A program made the translations under genes and the position numbers. This document shows positions 24,908 through 32,000 of a DNA stretch of 32,000 bases, in pieces. The DNA is from Ferroglobus placidus DSM 10642 (GTDB taxonomy: Archaea > Halobacteriota > Archaeoglobi > Archaeoglobales > Archaeoglobaceae): the NCBI RefSeq assembly GCF_000025505.1, contig NC_013849.1, forward strand, positions 270,001 to 302,000. The letters run 5' to 3'. The notes under the pieces are model-generated. The model saw only the letters and a program-made list of their open reading frames with translations, was not told where the DNA came from and ran no database searches. Position 1 is the first letter of the stretch. Each line of letters begins with the position of its first letter.

Positions 24908-25915
24908 TTATCGATTTTCCGATGCCCGACACTTCTGCAGCAATCGACGGACCCTAATAATTTCCCACCCGATTCCCAGAGCAAACCTCAAACTCGAAAA
25001 GGCCATCGACGGCTCAGCGTAGCAAAGCAAGTAACATCCTCTGCAGCTTTCAGCCATTCTGCAACCTTTGGCGTACTCCTCGCTCTCGATTATCTCTTTT
25101 AAGCTCCTGTTTTTCAAGTTTCCCGCTGTAACGTAATCCACCTCGTAGCACGGAGAGATCACGCTACCGTCTGGATTAACCCTTAAAAGCAGGTATGGCA
25201 TGCAGTTGACCCTCTTCCCTTCAATTATGAGGTTCAGGTAGGGCGTCGAATTCAGTATGCATCTGAACTCTCTTTTCAGCTGGAGAATTCTTCCAATTGT
25301 ACCTCTCAGCTTAGCTTCATCGACAGTCGCACAGCCTTCGAAGTAGGTTGAGACGGGCTCGAATGTTATTCCCGCTCCGACGCTTTCAGCGAAAGTGACA
25401 AGGTCTTCAATCTCGTTGATGTTATCGTCGTGCAGAACGACGTTTACGCACGTTTGAACACTCTGAGACGCTTTCTTTATCGCCTCTACAACTGTGTTGA
25501 GCGCGTCGACTCCCGTTATTTTTCTGAACTTTTCTCTGCTGAGCGTGTCGAGGCTTACAACAAGTAAATCCACGTTCAGATTGGAAAATTTTTCAAGCAA
25601 AAGTCCGTTGGTCACGAGCATCGTGTAAAGTCCGCAATCCTTTGCCTTTCTGAGGATTTCGTTGACGTCTCTTCTTAACAGCGGTTCGCCTCCGGTGGCG
25701 GTGTAAACTGCCATTCCGACGTCTGCAGCACCCTCTATCATTCTCTTGACTTCTACCGTGCTCATCTCATCGCATCTCCACATCCAGTAAGCGCAGTAGT
25801 GGCAGCGCATGTTGCACCTGAACGTCAGCATGTGGGCGAGAACAATAGGCTGGCGTTTTCTTAACAGGTTATTTTTCACGTAGGCTTTAAGGAGCTTCGA
25901 AATAACGCGGATCAT
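24908..25915 (-). CDS. Radical SAM enzyme with a non-canonical Cys-rich (SPASM/twitch-like) C-terminus
   Basis: 335 aa. The CX3CX2C motif is FRCNMRCHYCAYW. GGEPLL is present. The C-terminus NCMPYLLLRVNPDGSVISPC ... CRMAESCRGCYLLC has spacing CX5CX2CX3C rather than CX2CX5CX3C. The N-terminal KRQPIVLAHMLTFRCN layout resembles HpnH-like radical SAM proteins as I recall them. Confidence 0.9.
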   Translation of the reverse strand: MIRVISKLLKAYVKNNLLRKRQPIVLAHMLTFRCNMRCHYCAYWMWRCDEMSTVEVKRMIEGAADVGMAVYTATGGEPLLRRDVNEILRKAKDCGLYTMLVTNGLLLEKFSNLNVDLLVVSLDTLSREKFRKITGVDALNTVVEAIKKASQSVQTCVNVVLHDDNINEIEDLVTFAESVGAGITFEPVSTYFEGCATVDEAKLRGTIGRILQLKREFRCILNSTPYLNLIIEGKRVNCMPYLLLRVNPDGSVISPCYEVDYVTAGNLKNRSLKEIIESEEYAKGCRMAESCRGCYLLCYAEPSMAFSSLRFALGIGWEIIRVRRLLQKCRASENR

Positions 25916-25921
25916 GGAAAA

Positions 25922-26503
25922 TCACGAAACGTAGATTCTCACAACCCTGTTCTCATCCAGATCCACGAGAGCCGAAACCACCCTATCGCTATGCCAGGTT
26001 ACGCTGAACAGCTCTTTCGGTATGTAGAACTTCGCTGCGGTGTGAGGTAGAACTCTTCTGACGGTAACGTGTCCCTTAGCGTTCTCGTAGATTGTTTCGT
26101 TGCTCAGAGCTACGCTTATCGCTTTTTCTTTGACACTCAGTGGTAAGGCTTCGAGCAGGTAAGATTTGAGCGTGAGAGAACCGTTTTCGAAGACGAACAG
26201 GTAGATGTCTTCGCCAGGCAAATCATTGCTTTTCGCCTTGACGATTATTTTCTCTCCCTCGACGCTCACGTTCACTTCCGTGTAGCTGAATCCGTCGTAG
26301 GGAGAGAGAAACTCTTCAGGATAGTTTTCAATTCTCTCAGCAATTTCTTCTGCTGTCAAAGTATTGTTCTCGGATTTGTGGTTTTGATAGCTCTCGGATT
26401 TACTCTGGTTTGACTCAGCACCGCTTTTCACTTCTCCGCTTTGAAAGCAGCCAGCAACAAGAATCGCAAAGAGAAGAAAAAATAGGAGTAAAATCTTCTT
26501 CAA
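25922..26503 (-). CDS. Lipoprotein (193 aa), unknown function
   Basis: Signal peptide plus lipobox: MKKILLLFFLLFAILVAGC. 1-nt gap from the upstream gene stop and 6-nt gap to the radical SAM start. Confidence 0.75.
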   Translation of the reverse strand: MKKILLLFFLLFAILVAGCFQSGEVKSGAESNQSKSESYQNHKSENNTLTAEEIAERIENYPEEFLSPYDGFSYTEVNVSVEGEKIIVKAKSNDLPGEDIYLFVFENGSLTLKSYLLEALPLSVKEKAISVALSNETIYENAKGHVTVRRVLPHTAAKFYIPKELFSVTWHSDRVVSALVDLDENRVVRIYVS

Positions 26504-26504
26504 G

Positions 26505-27740
26505 TTACTCTACCTCCACGCTCAGCGTGAAACTCTCGCAGCTCGGCAGAATTTCAACCTTCCAGTTTCCGCTTTCTGGATTCTCTATCGTGTAAATTTC
26601 TGTCTTTCTGTAACTCGTGACCGTGTATATCCCTTCAGCCTCCTCCCACGGCGGGAGCTTGCTTTCCGATAGAGTGACCCCTACCTCCTCAACGAGCTTG
26701 CTCGGCTTCACGCTCAAAACACCACTCGGCGAGAACATTTTCACGTCGAAGTCGCAGGATTTCTCCGCAGATCTTCCGTAGCTGCTAGCGGAAATCTTGA
26801 CCGTAACTTTCGTGGCGTTATCGACTCGAAAGACCTTTACGAACGGCTCGCTCGGTTTCTCGTAGACTCTTAGGTTTAGCTCGACTCTCTGCAACCACTC
26901 ATCCAGCCCGGGATCTTCGACGTTGAGCTTTATTGTTCCCCTCAGCACGCCCTTTGCTGTTGATGGAACGCTCACCTTCACCTTCACGACAGCCTTCGAC
27001 TGAGGCTGTATCACGGAGGGAGCTTCTATGGTTACGTGGCTTTCGTCCATCCAGCTGACCGGAGAGAACGGGTCGTAGTAAACCTCTTCACCCTTAAAGA
27101 GCTCGGGATCCATCTTCACAGGCTCATCTCCCGTATTTTCAACGTAAATTCTGTACTCGTAACTCCCGCCAGCTTCAACTCTGTCGTCGATGAACCTCGG
27201 GTAAATTTTGACCTTCGGCGGTATCCAGACGTTCACACTCAGGCTCATCTGGTTCACGTAGAAGGGTTTGGCTGAGTAGGGCATCGGAAACGTGTCGTTC
27301 GTGAATGCTATTATGCAGTTGTAGTAACCCTTTTCTGCATCCTCAGGCACCTTCACCGTCACTTTGATCTCCGCCTTCTCCTCAGCCTTTAAAACGAACT
27401 TGCCTTTGTCGAAGCTCACCCAACTCTCATCTACTACGTTTTCGAAGAACGGAAACGTCACGATCCTCGGCTCCACAGCTACATCTCTATTGTTGGGATT
27501 CTTCAGCTTCACTGTAAACGTTTTCTCGTCTCCCGGCGTTAAGCGGAGGTGCTTGTACCTTGGCTCGATAACTATTCTCGTCACGTTCTCGTACATTTTT
27601 TCGATGTCTACTTTTTCCACTGGAATCGGTGCTGGAGGTGGGACCGACACAACTTTAACTTCCTCAACCACCTTAGCCGAACTTCCCGCCGCCACCCCGA
27701 GGAGGAGTAAAACGAGCATCGAAGCCAGCGTTTTGTTCAT
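26505..27740 (-). CDS. Secreted protein with tandem beta-sandwich (CARDB/NEW3/COG1470-like) domains
   Basis: I chose the start MNKTLASMLVLLLLGVAAGSSA (GAGGTGA SD 5 nt upstream). Repeated motifs LTPGDEKTFTVKLKNPNNRDVAV...VTVKVPEDAEKGYY and EAGGSYEYRIYVENTGDEPVKM...VKVSVPSTAKGVLRG are typical of adhesin/S-layer-type Ig-like folds. Confidence 0.8.
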   Translation of the reverse strand: MNKTLASMLVLLLLGVAAGSSAKVVEEVKVVSVPPPAPIPVEKVDIEKMYENVTRIVIEPRYKHLRLTPGDEKTFTVKLKNPNNRDVAVEPRIVTFPFFENVVDESWVSFDKGKFVLKAEEKAEIKVTVKVPEDAEKGYYNCIIAFTNDTFPMPYSAKPFYVNQMSLSVNVWIPPKVKIYPRFIDDRVEAGGSYEYRIYVENTGDEPVKMDPELFKGEEVYYDPFSPVSWMDESHVTIEAPSVIQPQSKAVVKVKVSVPSTAKGVLRGTIKLNVEDPGLDEWLQRVELNLRVYEKPSEPFVKVFRVDNATKVTVKISASSYGRSAEKSCDFDVKMFSPSGVLSVKPSKLVEEVGVTLSESKLPPWEEAEGIYTVTSYRKTEIYTIENPESGNWKVEILPSCESFTLSVEVE

Positions 27741-27884
27741 TCGACTCACCTCTTCCAACTTTATCCAGTTAGATATATAACTTTTCTGACCATATCTTGA
27801 GATTATTTTTATTACTTTATTTTTCTTATTGTTTTATATTTTCAGGAACGGATAGTTTGGATTTCTCAAACAAACAAATTTTTG

Positions 27885-27908
27885 CGCTAAGTAAACTAAA
27901 ACTTAGCG
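27885..27908. repeat. Hairpin CGCTAAGT (loop AAACTAAA) ACTTAGCG
   Basis: Exact 8-bp arms at 27885-27892 and 27901-27908 in the AT-rich intergenic region. Confidence 0.5.
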
Positions 27909-27934
27909 ATATTGTTCGGTAAAAACCTAACAAT

Positions 27935-27952
27935 TTTTAGGATATCCTAAAA
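27935..27952. promoter_or_regulatory. Perfect 18-bp palindrome TTTTAGGATATCCTAAAA, candidate dimeric transcription-factor site
   Basis: The sequence is self-complementary over all 18 nt. An extra CCTAA half-site lies at 27926-27930. It sits in the divergent region between the 27740 operon and the sRNA / 28308 genes. Confidence 0.4.
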
Positions 27953-28002
27953 TGTTATTTTTAATGTTATATTATGGGTTGAGATGTCGGTTATCAAACA
28001 AG

Positions 28003-28010
28003 TTTTTATT
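28003..28010 (+). promoter_or_regulatory. Candidate TATA box (TTTTTATT) of the C/D box sRNA
   Basis: The centre is about 26 nt upstream of 28032, the predicted sRNA 5' end. Confidence 0.4.
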
Positions 28011-28031
28011 TCAGAGCTCGAAATTCTATAT

Positions 28032-28087
28032 GCCGATGATGACCCCTCCCCTAGCTGAAGAGTGATGAATTTGCCGATTACTGAGGT
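28032..28087 (+). ncRNA. C/D box sRNA (2'-O-methylation guide)
   Basis: C box ATGATGA 28036-28042. 12-nt guide CCCCTCCCCTAG 28043-28054. D' box CTGA 28055-28058. 3-nt spacer. C' box GTGATGA 28062-28068. 12-nt guide ATTTGCCGATTA 28069-28080. D box CTGA 28081-28084. Short CC/GG terminal pairing. This is the canonical archaeal geometry. Confidence 0.75.
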
Positions 28088-28233
28088 TTGAAAAATCCAC
28101 AGCTTTTAAACCTCAATTTTCCCTTCCTAAAATCTTCGATCCAGTTCGGAAACGTCTTCGATATCTTGTTTTCGAAGTACGCGCAGCTGTAGTTGTCGAG
28201 CTTTTTGTAATTCTTACAATTCAGACAGCTCAT
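28078..28233 (-). CDS. Unannotated 51-aa four-Cys ORF (possible small zinc-binding protein)
   Basis: My translation: MSCLNCKNYKKLDNYSCAYFENKISKTFPNWIEDFRKGKLRFKSCGFFKPQ, with CxxC at the N-terminus plus two further Cys. TAAATAATAT lies about 20 nt upstream of the ATG. The 3' end is antisense to the sRNA D box. Confidence 0.35.
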   Translation of the reverse strand: MSCLNCKNYKKLDNYSCAYFENKISKTFPNWIEDFRKGKLRFKSCGFFKPQ

Positions 28234-28307
28234 GAAGTCAAATTAACTTGATATTATTTAAAACTTTCTGGAGTAGGTGATTTATACTTCTTTGCAGACT
28301 TTGAATC

Positions 28308-29339
28308 ATGCTCGTCTTCACCCTCGACGTCGGATCGAGAACGCAAGACTTCATGCTTTTCGACTCGAAGGAAAATCCGAGAAACTTTGTTAGGGCTATT
28401 TTGCCCTCTCCTACAGTTATACTCGGTAGAAAGATAAGGAGGCTTGCGGAGGAAGGAAGGGATGTGTTTTTAACCGGATACACGATGGGTGGTGGAGAGG
28501 TTTCTCAGGCAGTTAAGGAGGCTGTGAGAAAGGTTAACGTTTACGCAACGGAAAGAGCCGCTTTAACGATAAACGACGATCTGGAAAAAGTGAAGAAGAT
28601 CGGAGTTAAAATAACTGAGAGCGGTAAGGGTGAGAAGGTTGTCCTCAAAGACGTTTTCCTCGAAAGCTACGAAAAATTCCTCGAAAGCTTCTCCCTACAA
28701 TTACCAGAGACTATTGCTATAGCAGTTCAAGACCACGGTTACTCTCCAAAGCTAAGTAACAGAGTTTTCAGATTCCAAAAGGTTGAGGAACTTTTGAAAA
28801 AGAACGGAACTATCTATTCCCTAATTTTCGACGAGAGATCGGTTCCGGAATACTTTAACAGGATGAAAAGTGTTGTTGAGAGTGTTAAAGATTACGGTAA
28901 GAATACTGGGAGAGATTTTAAAGTTTACGTTGCCGACACGTCTTTTGCAGCTGTTGCTGGATGCATGCTTGCGGCAAATAACTTTCCAGCTTTGCTCATA
29001 AATTTTGGAAACAGCCACACGGTTGGAGCGGTTGTTGACAAAAGCGGAGAGGTTTACAGCATATTCGAGCATCACACGAGAATTCTTATGAACGCAGACT
29101 TCCACGAGTTCCTCAAGAGGTTCGTGGAGGGTGAGATCACAAACGAAGACGTTTTAGAGCAAGGAGGGCACGGAGCTTTTGTTAAGGAGGTGGTAGATGT
29201 TAGAGAAATCCTCGCCACCGGGCCTAACGCTAAACTTTTCGGATTTAAGGAAGTGGCACCTCTTGGAGACGTTATGACCGTTGGAAATGCGGGACTCGTT
29301 AAAATGCTAAGCGAAAATGAAGACTTGGCAGGAATTTGA
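28308..29339 (+). CDS. ASKHA-fold (actin/Hsp70/sugar-kinase-like) protein, DUF1786-like
   Basis: 343 aa. An N-terminal phosphate-1-like FTLDVGSRTQD and a second LINFGNSHTVGAVV...EHHT motif. I recall this archaeal family being annotated as a putative pyruvate formate-lyase activating enzyme (DUF1786). The family assignment is uncertain. Confidence 0.7.
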   Translation: MLVFTLDVGSRTQDFMLFDSKENPRNFVRAILPSPTVILGRKIRRLAEEGRDVFLTGYTMGGGEVSQAVKEAVRKVNVYATERAALTINDDLEKVKKIGVKITESGKGEKVVLKDVFLESYEKFLESFSLQLPETIAIAVQDHGYSPKLSNRVFRFQKVEELLKKNGTIYSLIFDERSVPEYFNRMKSVVESVKDYGKNTGRDFKVYVADTSFAAVAGCMLAANNFPALLINFGNSHTVGAVVDKSGEVYSIFEHHTRILMNADFHEFLKRFVEGEITNEDVLEQGGHGAFVKEVVDVREILATGPNAKLFGFKEVAPLGDVMTVGNAGLVKMLSENEDLAGI

Positions 29340-29706
29340 GGAAGAAATATTGAAGATTTTCGAAGAGCACGGATTTAAATCCAAAAGGAGGTTTATTTTC
29401 AGGGATGAGATTGGAAGAGGGGAAATCGACATTCTGGCTGAGCGCTTCGGGATAATTTTGGCGGTGGATGCTAAAAGGTACACTGAAGGCTGGTACAGAC
29501 TTTCAGCTTTAAAAAGAGAGGCGAAAAAGCATGCGGAGAGGTGCAGAAGGCTTGAAAAGGTTATCGGCAGAAAAGTGATTCCGGTAATAGTACCCCTCAT
29601 AGACGATCGGGTTTACTTTCACCATTCCTTCATCGTGCCTTTCGTATCCCTCAACGATTTTCTGCTCAATCTTCATTACTACTTGGCTGAATTCGGGTTT
29701 GAGTAG
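29317..29706 (+). CDS. PD-(D/E)xK nuclease-fold protein (Mrr-cat / Hjc-like)
   Basis: 129 aa. FEEEILKIFEEHGFKSK...GRGEIDILAERFGIILAVDAKRY matches the D...(D/E)xK layout of Mrr-cat restriction-endonuclease-like domains. 23-nt overlap with the upstream gene. Confidence 0.7.
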   Translation: MKTWQEFEEEILKIFEEHGFKSKRRFIFRDEIGRGEIDILAERFGIILAVDAKRYTEGWYRLSALKREAKKHAERCRRLEKVIGRKVIPVIVPLIDDRVYFHHSFIVPFVSLNDFLLNLHYYLAEFGFE

Positions 29707-29742
29707 GACAATCTTTTAAAATTAATTCTGGATAATTTGGTC

Positions 29743-31113
29743 ATGCTTAGGGAAATTGTCGAGGAAATCGAGAAAATCGTGGGAAAGGAGGGCATCGCTA
29801 AAAACGTTGAAGACTACCTTTACGACGAAACTCCGAAAAGAGTTAGACCGAAGGCTGCTGAAGATGTCGTGGTTGTTAAGCCGAAGAGAAGCGAAGAAGT
29901 TTCGAAAATTCTTAAGCTTGCGAACGAGAAAAAGGTGCCGGTGGTTGTTAGAGGGGGAGGAACCGGACTAAGCGGAGGAGCGATTCCCCTTTCCCCGGGG
30001 ATTGTTCTTTCGATGGAAAGAATGAACAAGCTTGAAATCGACACGGAAAATCTTGTGGCTGTTTGCGAAGCGGGAGTAACTTTGAGACAGCTCCTTGAAG
30101 AAATTGACAAAATACCGGGCTTGTCCTTCCCTCCTCACCCGGGGCACGAAGGGGCTCAAATCGGAGGACTTGTAGCAAACAACGCCGGGGGTGCGAGGGC
30201 TGTTAAATACGGCATTATGAGAAACTACGTTCTTGGAATGGAAGTCGTTCTCCCCAGCGGAGAGATTCTGAATCTCGGAGGGAAAGTTATCAAGAACGTA
30301 ACAGGCTACGACCTCATGCATCTGCTCATCGGTAGCGAGGGGACGTTAGCTGTGATAACGAAAGTCGTCCTTAAGCTTATTCCAGAGCCGGGAGGAACTT
30401 ACACCCTCGTCGTTCCATTTGAAAGAACGGAAGACGCTATAAAAACTGTTCCACAAATACTGAGGAGCGGAATTGTTCCGCTTGCCATTGAGTACATGGA
30501 TGTGGAGGCTGTGAAAGCTGGAGAAGCAGTTACCGGGAAGAGATGGCCCTACGAAGGAGGTGAAGCGCACCTCATGATTATAGTCGAAGGCAGAGATGAG
30601 GACGAACTTTTGAAAGTTTCGGAGGATATAGAAAAGCTTGCGAAGAAAAATAACGCCATAGACGTTTTCGTCGGAGTTAGCAGAAAAGAGCAGAGGGATC
30701 TTCTCGACATCAGAAGCCTGATATACGAGGGGATGAGAGATGTCACAGTCGACCTTCTCGACGTTTCCGTTCCCATAGCTTCCATTCCCGAATACGTTAC
30801 GAAATGCAAAAAGTTCGCTGAAGAGGTTGGAATAAAAGTTCTCCACTACGGTCATGCCGGAGATGGGAATGTCCATCAGCACATCCTCGAAGTAGATGAT
30901 TGGGAGGAGAAGTATCCGAAGTTCAAGAACTACGCTTTCGGCTTGGTAAAAAAGCTTGGAGGATACATAACTGCCGAGCACGGAGTTGGAGTTGTGAAAA
31001 AGGAAGACATGTACTCAACTCTTCCTCAAAAAGCTGTAGAGCTTATGAAAGAGATCAAGAGGATTTTCGATCCGAACAACATCCTGAATCCGGGAAAAGT
31101 TGTCGACGTCTGA
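29743..31113 (+). CDS. FAD-linked oxidase (GlcD / D-lactate dehydrogenase family)
   Basis: 456 aa from the ATG at 29743. The FAD-binding PCMH-type segment is VPVVVRGGGTGLSGGA. The C-terminal GGYITAEHGVG...FDPNNILNPGK is typical of GlcD/Dld. TATA-like TTTTAAAATTAA lies about 25 nt upstream. Confidence 0.9.
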   Translation: MLREIVEEIEKIVGKEGIAKNVEDYLYDETPKRVRPKAAEDVVVVKPKRSEEVSKILKLANEKKVPVVVRGGGTGLSGGAIPLSPGIVLSMERMNKLEIDTENLVAVCEAGVTLRQLLEEIDKIPGLSFPPHPGHEGAQIGGLVANNAGGARAVKYGIMRNYVLGMEVVLPSGEILNLGGKVIKNVTGYDLMHLLIGSEGTLAVITKVVLKLIPEPGGTYTLVVPFERTEDAIKTVPQILRSGIVPLAIEYMDVEAVKAGEAVTGKRWPYEGGEAHLMIIVEGRDEDELLKVSEDIEKLAKKNNAIDVFVGVSRKEQRDLLDIRSLIYEGMRDVTVDLLDVSVPIASIPEYVTKCKKFAEEVGIKVLHYGHAGDGNVHQHILEVDDWEEKYPKFKNYAFGLVKKLGGYITAEHGVGVVKKEDMYSTLPQKAVELMKEIKRIFDPNNILNPGKVVDV

Positions 31114-31155
31114 TTTCAGCAACTATTTTATATTCTCAGTATTAAAATTTTAAAC

Positions 31156-31386
31156 ATGGTTATCGGCGTGACGATGGTAAACGTTTCTCCGGGAAGCGAA
31201 AAGAGCGTCTACATGAAGATAAAGGAGATGAAGAACGTTAGGGATGTGTACCACGTTTTCGGAGAATTCGACTTCGTGGTGATAATTGAAGCTCCGAGTC
31301 TGGCTGAGTTGAACAAGACTGTAGATAGCATAAGGGCTATCGAAGGAGTTACGAAGACTCAAACGGTGGTAGGAGCTGAGATATGA
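31156..31386 (+). CDS. Stand-alone Lrp/AsnC ligand-binding (RAM) domain protein
   Basis: 76 aa. [49 protein letters not shown] is the ferredoxin-like RAM pattern without an HTH. TATA ATTTTATAT is centred about 26 nt upstream. Confidence 0.8.
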   Translation: MVIGVTMVNVSPGSEKSVYMKIKEMKNVRDVYHVFGEFDFVVIIEAPSLAELNKTVDSIRAIEGVTKTQTVVGAEI

Positions 31387-32000
31387 AGCAGAAGGAGATA
31401 AGCGTAGCGGAGTTTTTCGAGAAGAACAAGCACATTCTTGGCTACTCCAATCCGGCAAAAGCTCTCATCACCTGCGTTAAAGAAGCGGTGGACAACTCGT
31501 TAGATGCTTGCGAGGAAGCGGGAATTCTCCCTGACATCCTCGTTAAAATCTTTAGAGTTGGAAAGAACTACAGAATTATAGTGGAAGATAACGGACCGGG
31601 AATAGAGAAGGAAGAGATTCCCAAAGTTTTCGGAAAGCTTCTTTACGGCTCGAGATTTCACACGATAAAGCAGAGCAGAGGTCAGCAGGGGATAGGCATC
31701 TCGTCAGCCGTACTCTACGCTCAAATCTCTACAGGAAAACCGGCGAAGATTTTATCCAAGGTAGAAGGAGATGAGGCTTACGAGATCGAACTTTTCATAA
31801 ACACGAAGAAGAACGAGCCGGAAATAGTTTCCGAGAAGAAAGTGGAGTGGTACGCTCCTCATGGCACGAGGATTGAGCTCGAAATCGTTGGAAGCTACGT
31901 GAAAGAGAAGAGGCAGAGCGTTTACGAGTATTTGAGGCAAACGTCCATAGTGAATCCTCACGCAAAAATAACGCTCATAGAGCCTGACGGCACGATTCAC
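31383..32000 (+). CDS. top6B: DNA topoisomerase VI subunit B, 3'-truncated by the window edge
   Basis: My translation is [24 protein letters not shown]..., with the Bergerat-fold motifs [18 protein letters not shown] and [14 protein letters not shown] overlap with the upstream RAM gene stop. The frame is open to base 32000. Confidence 0.93.
   Translation, partial: MKQKEISVAEFFEKNKHILGYSNPAKALITCVKEAVDNSLDACEEAGILPDILVKIFRVGKNYRIIVEDNGPGIEKEEIPKVFGKLLYGSRFHTIKQSRGQQGIGISSAVLYAQISTGKPAKILSKVEGDEAYEIELFINTKKNEPEIVSEKKVEWYAPHGTRIELEIVGSYVKEKRQSVYEYLRQTSIVNPHAKITLIEPDGTIH

Noticed and set aside
24491-24984. Track ORFs 24491..24799(+), 24636..24827(+), 24787..24984(-) and 24833..25102(+)
   Set aside because: They have no signals and atypical compositions. 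They overlap either the possible gene remnant or the 3' end of the radical SAM gene.
28238-28483. 81-aa minus-strand ORF overlapping the start of the ASKHA gene
   Set aside because: It is a shadow ORF opposite a well-supported gene, with an S/L-rich composition.
1-32000. Search by eye for cas genes, tRNA/rRNA genes and spacer matches to the window itself
   Set aside because: None was found. No protein resembles Cas1-Cas10 or Cas6, and there is no GTTCGAATC-type T-loop with a proper stem. No spacer shows an obvious protospacer in the window, but my visual search is not exhaustive and should be repeated computationally.

Overview
This looks like an archaeal chromosomal window. The evidence is a Top6B gene, BRE/TATA-like boxes about 25 nt upstream of many ATGs, K/E-rich thermophile-style proteins, and DUF22-like and DUF104-like families. 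I infer an Archaeoglobales genome, possibly a nitrate-reducing Ferroglobus-like organism, but I cannot verify that here. In order, the window holds: (i) the 3' part of a respiratory nitrate reductase operon, narH(partial)-narJ-narI plus narK (1-3521, +). (ii) A cas-less 10-repeat CRISPR array with an unusually short 23-nt repeat, inferred to be transcribed on the minus strand (3660-4263). (iii) An 8.3-kb, seven-gene, tightly overlapping minus-strand operon: biotin carboxylase, wHTH regulator, class II purE, purC, carA, carB, larB (4554-12888). (iv) A protein built from three 140-aa DUF22-like modules (12979-14190). (v) An operon of small membrane protein, Cys-pair ArsR and Zn-ribbon DExH helicase with a DUF1998/MZB domain (14174-17132). 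(vi) Two minus-strand operons that each begin with exported proteins and end in a radical SAM enzyme with a Cys-rich SPASM-type C-terminus (18162-20998 and 24908-27740). They are separated by a decayed accessory patch (about 21600-24900) holding an IS remnant, a DUF104 antitoxin remnant, small membrane ORFs, and a TGATG-coupled pair of mini-ORFs, one with 6 Cys in 33 aa. (vii) An AT-rich divergent region with an 18-bp perfect palindrome and a textbook C/D box sRNA (28032-28087). (viii) An ASKHA/DUF1786-like gene overlapping an Mrr-cat-like nuclease gene, then an FAD-linked oxidase, a stand-alone RAM-domain protein and the 5' part of top6B. I saw no tRNA, rRNA or cas genes. The best candidates for something undescribed are the two exported-protein/radical-SAM operons and the unannotated small ORFs near them. 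All functional links there are inference.
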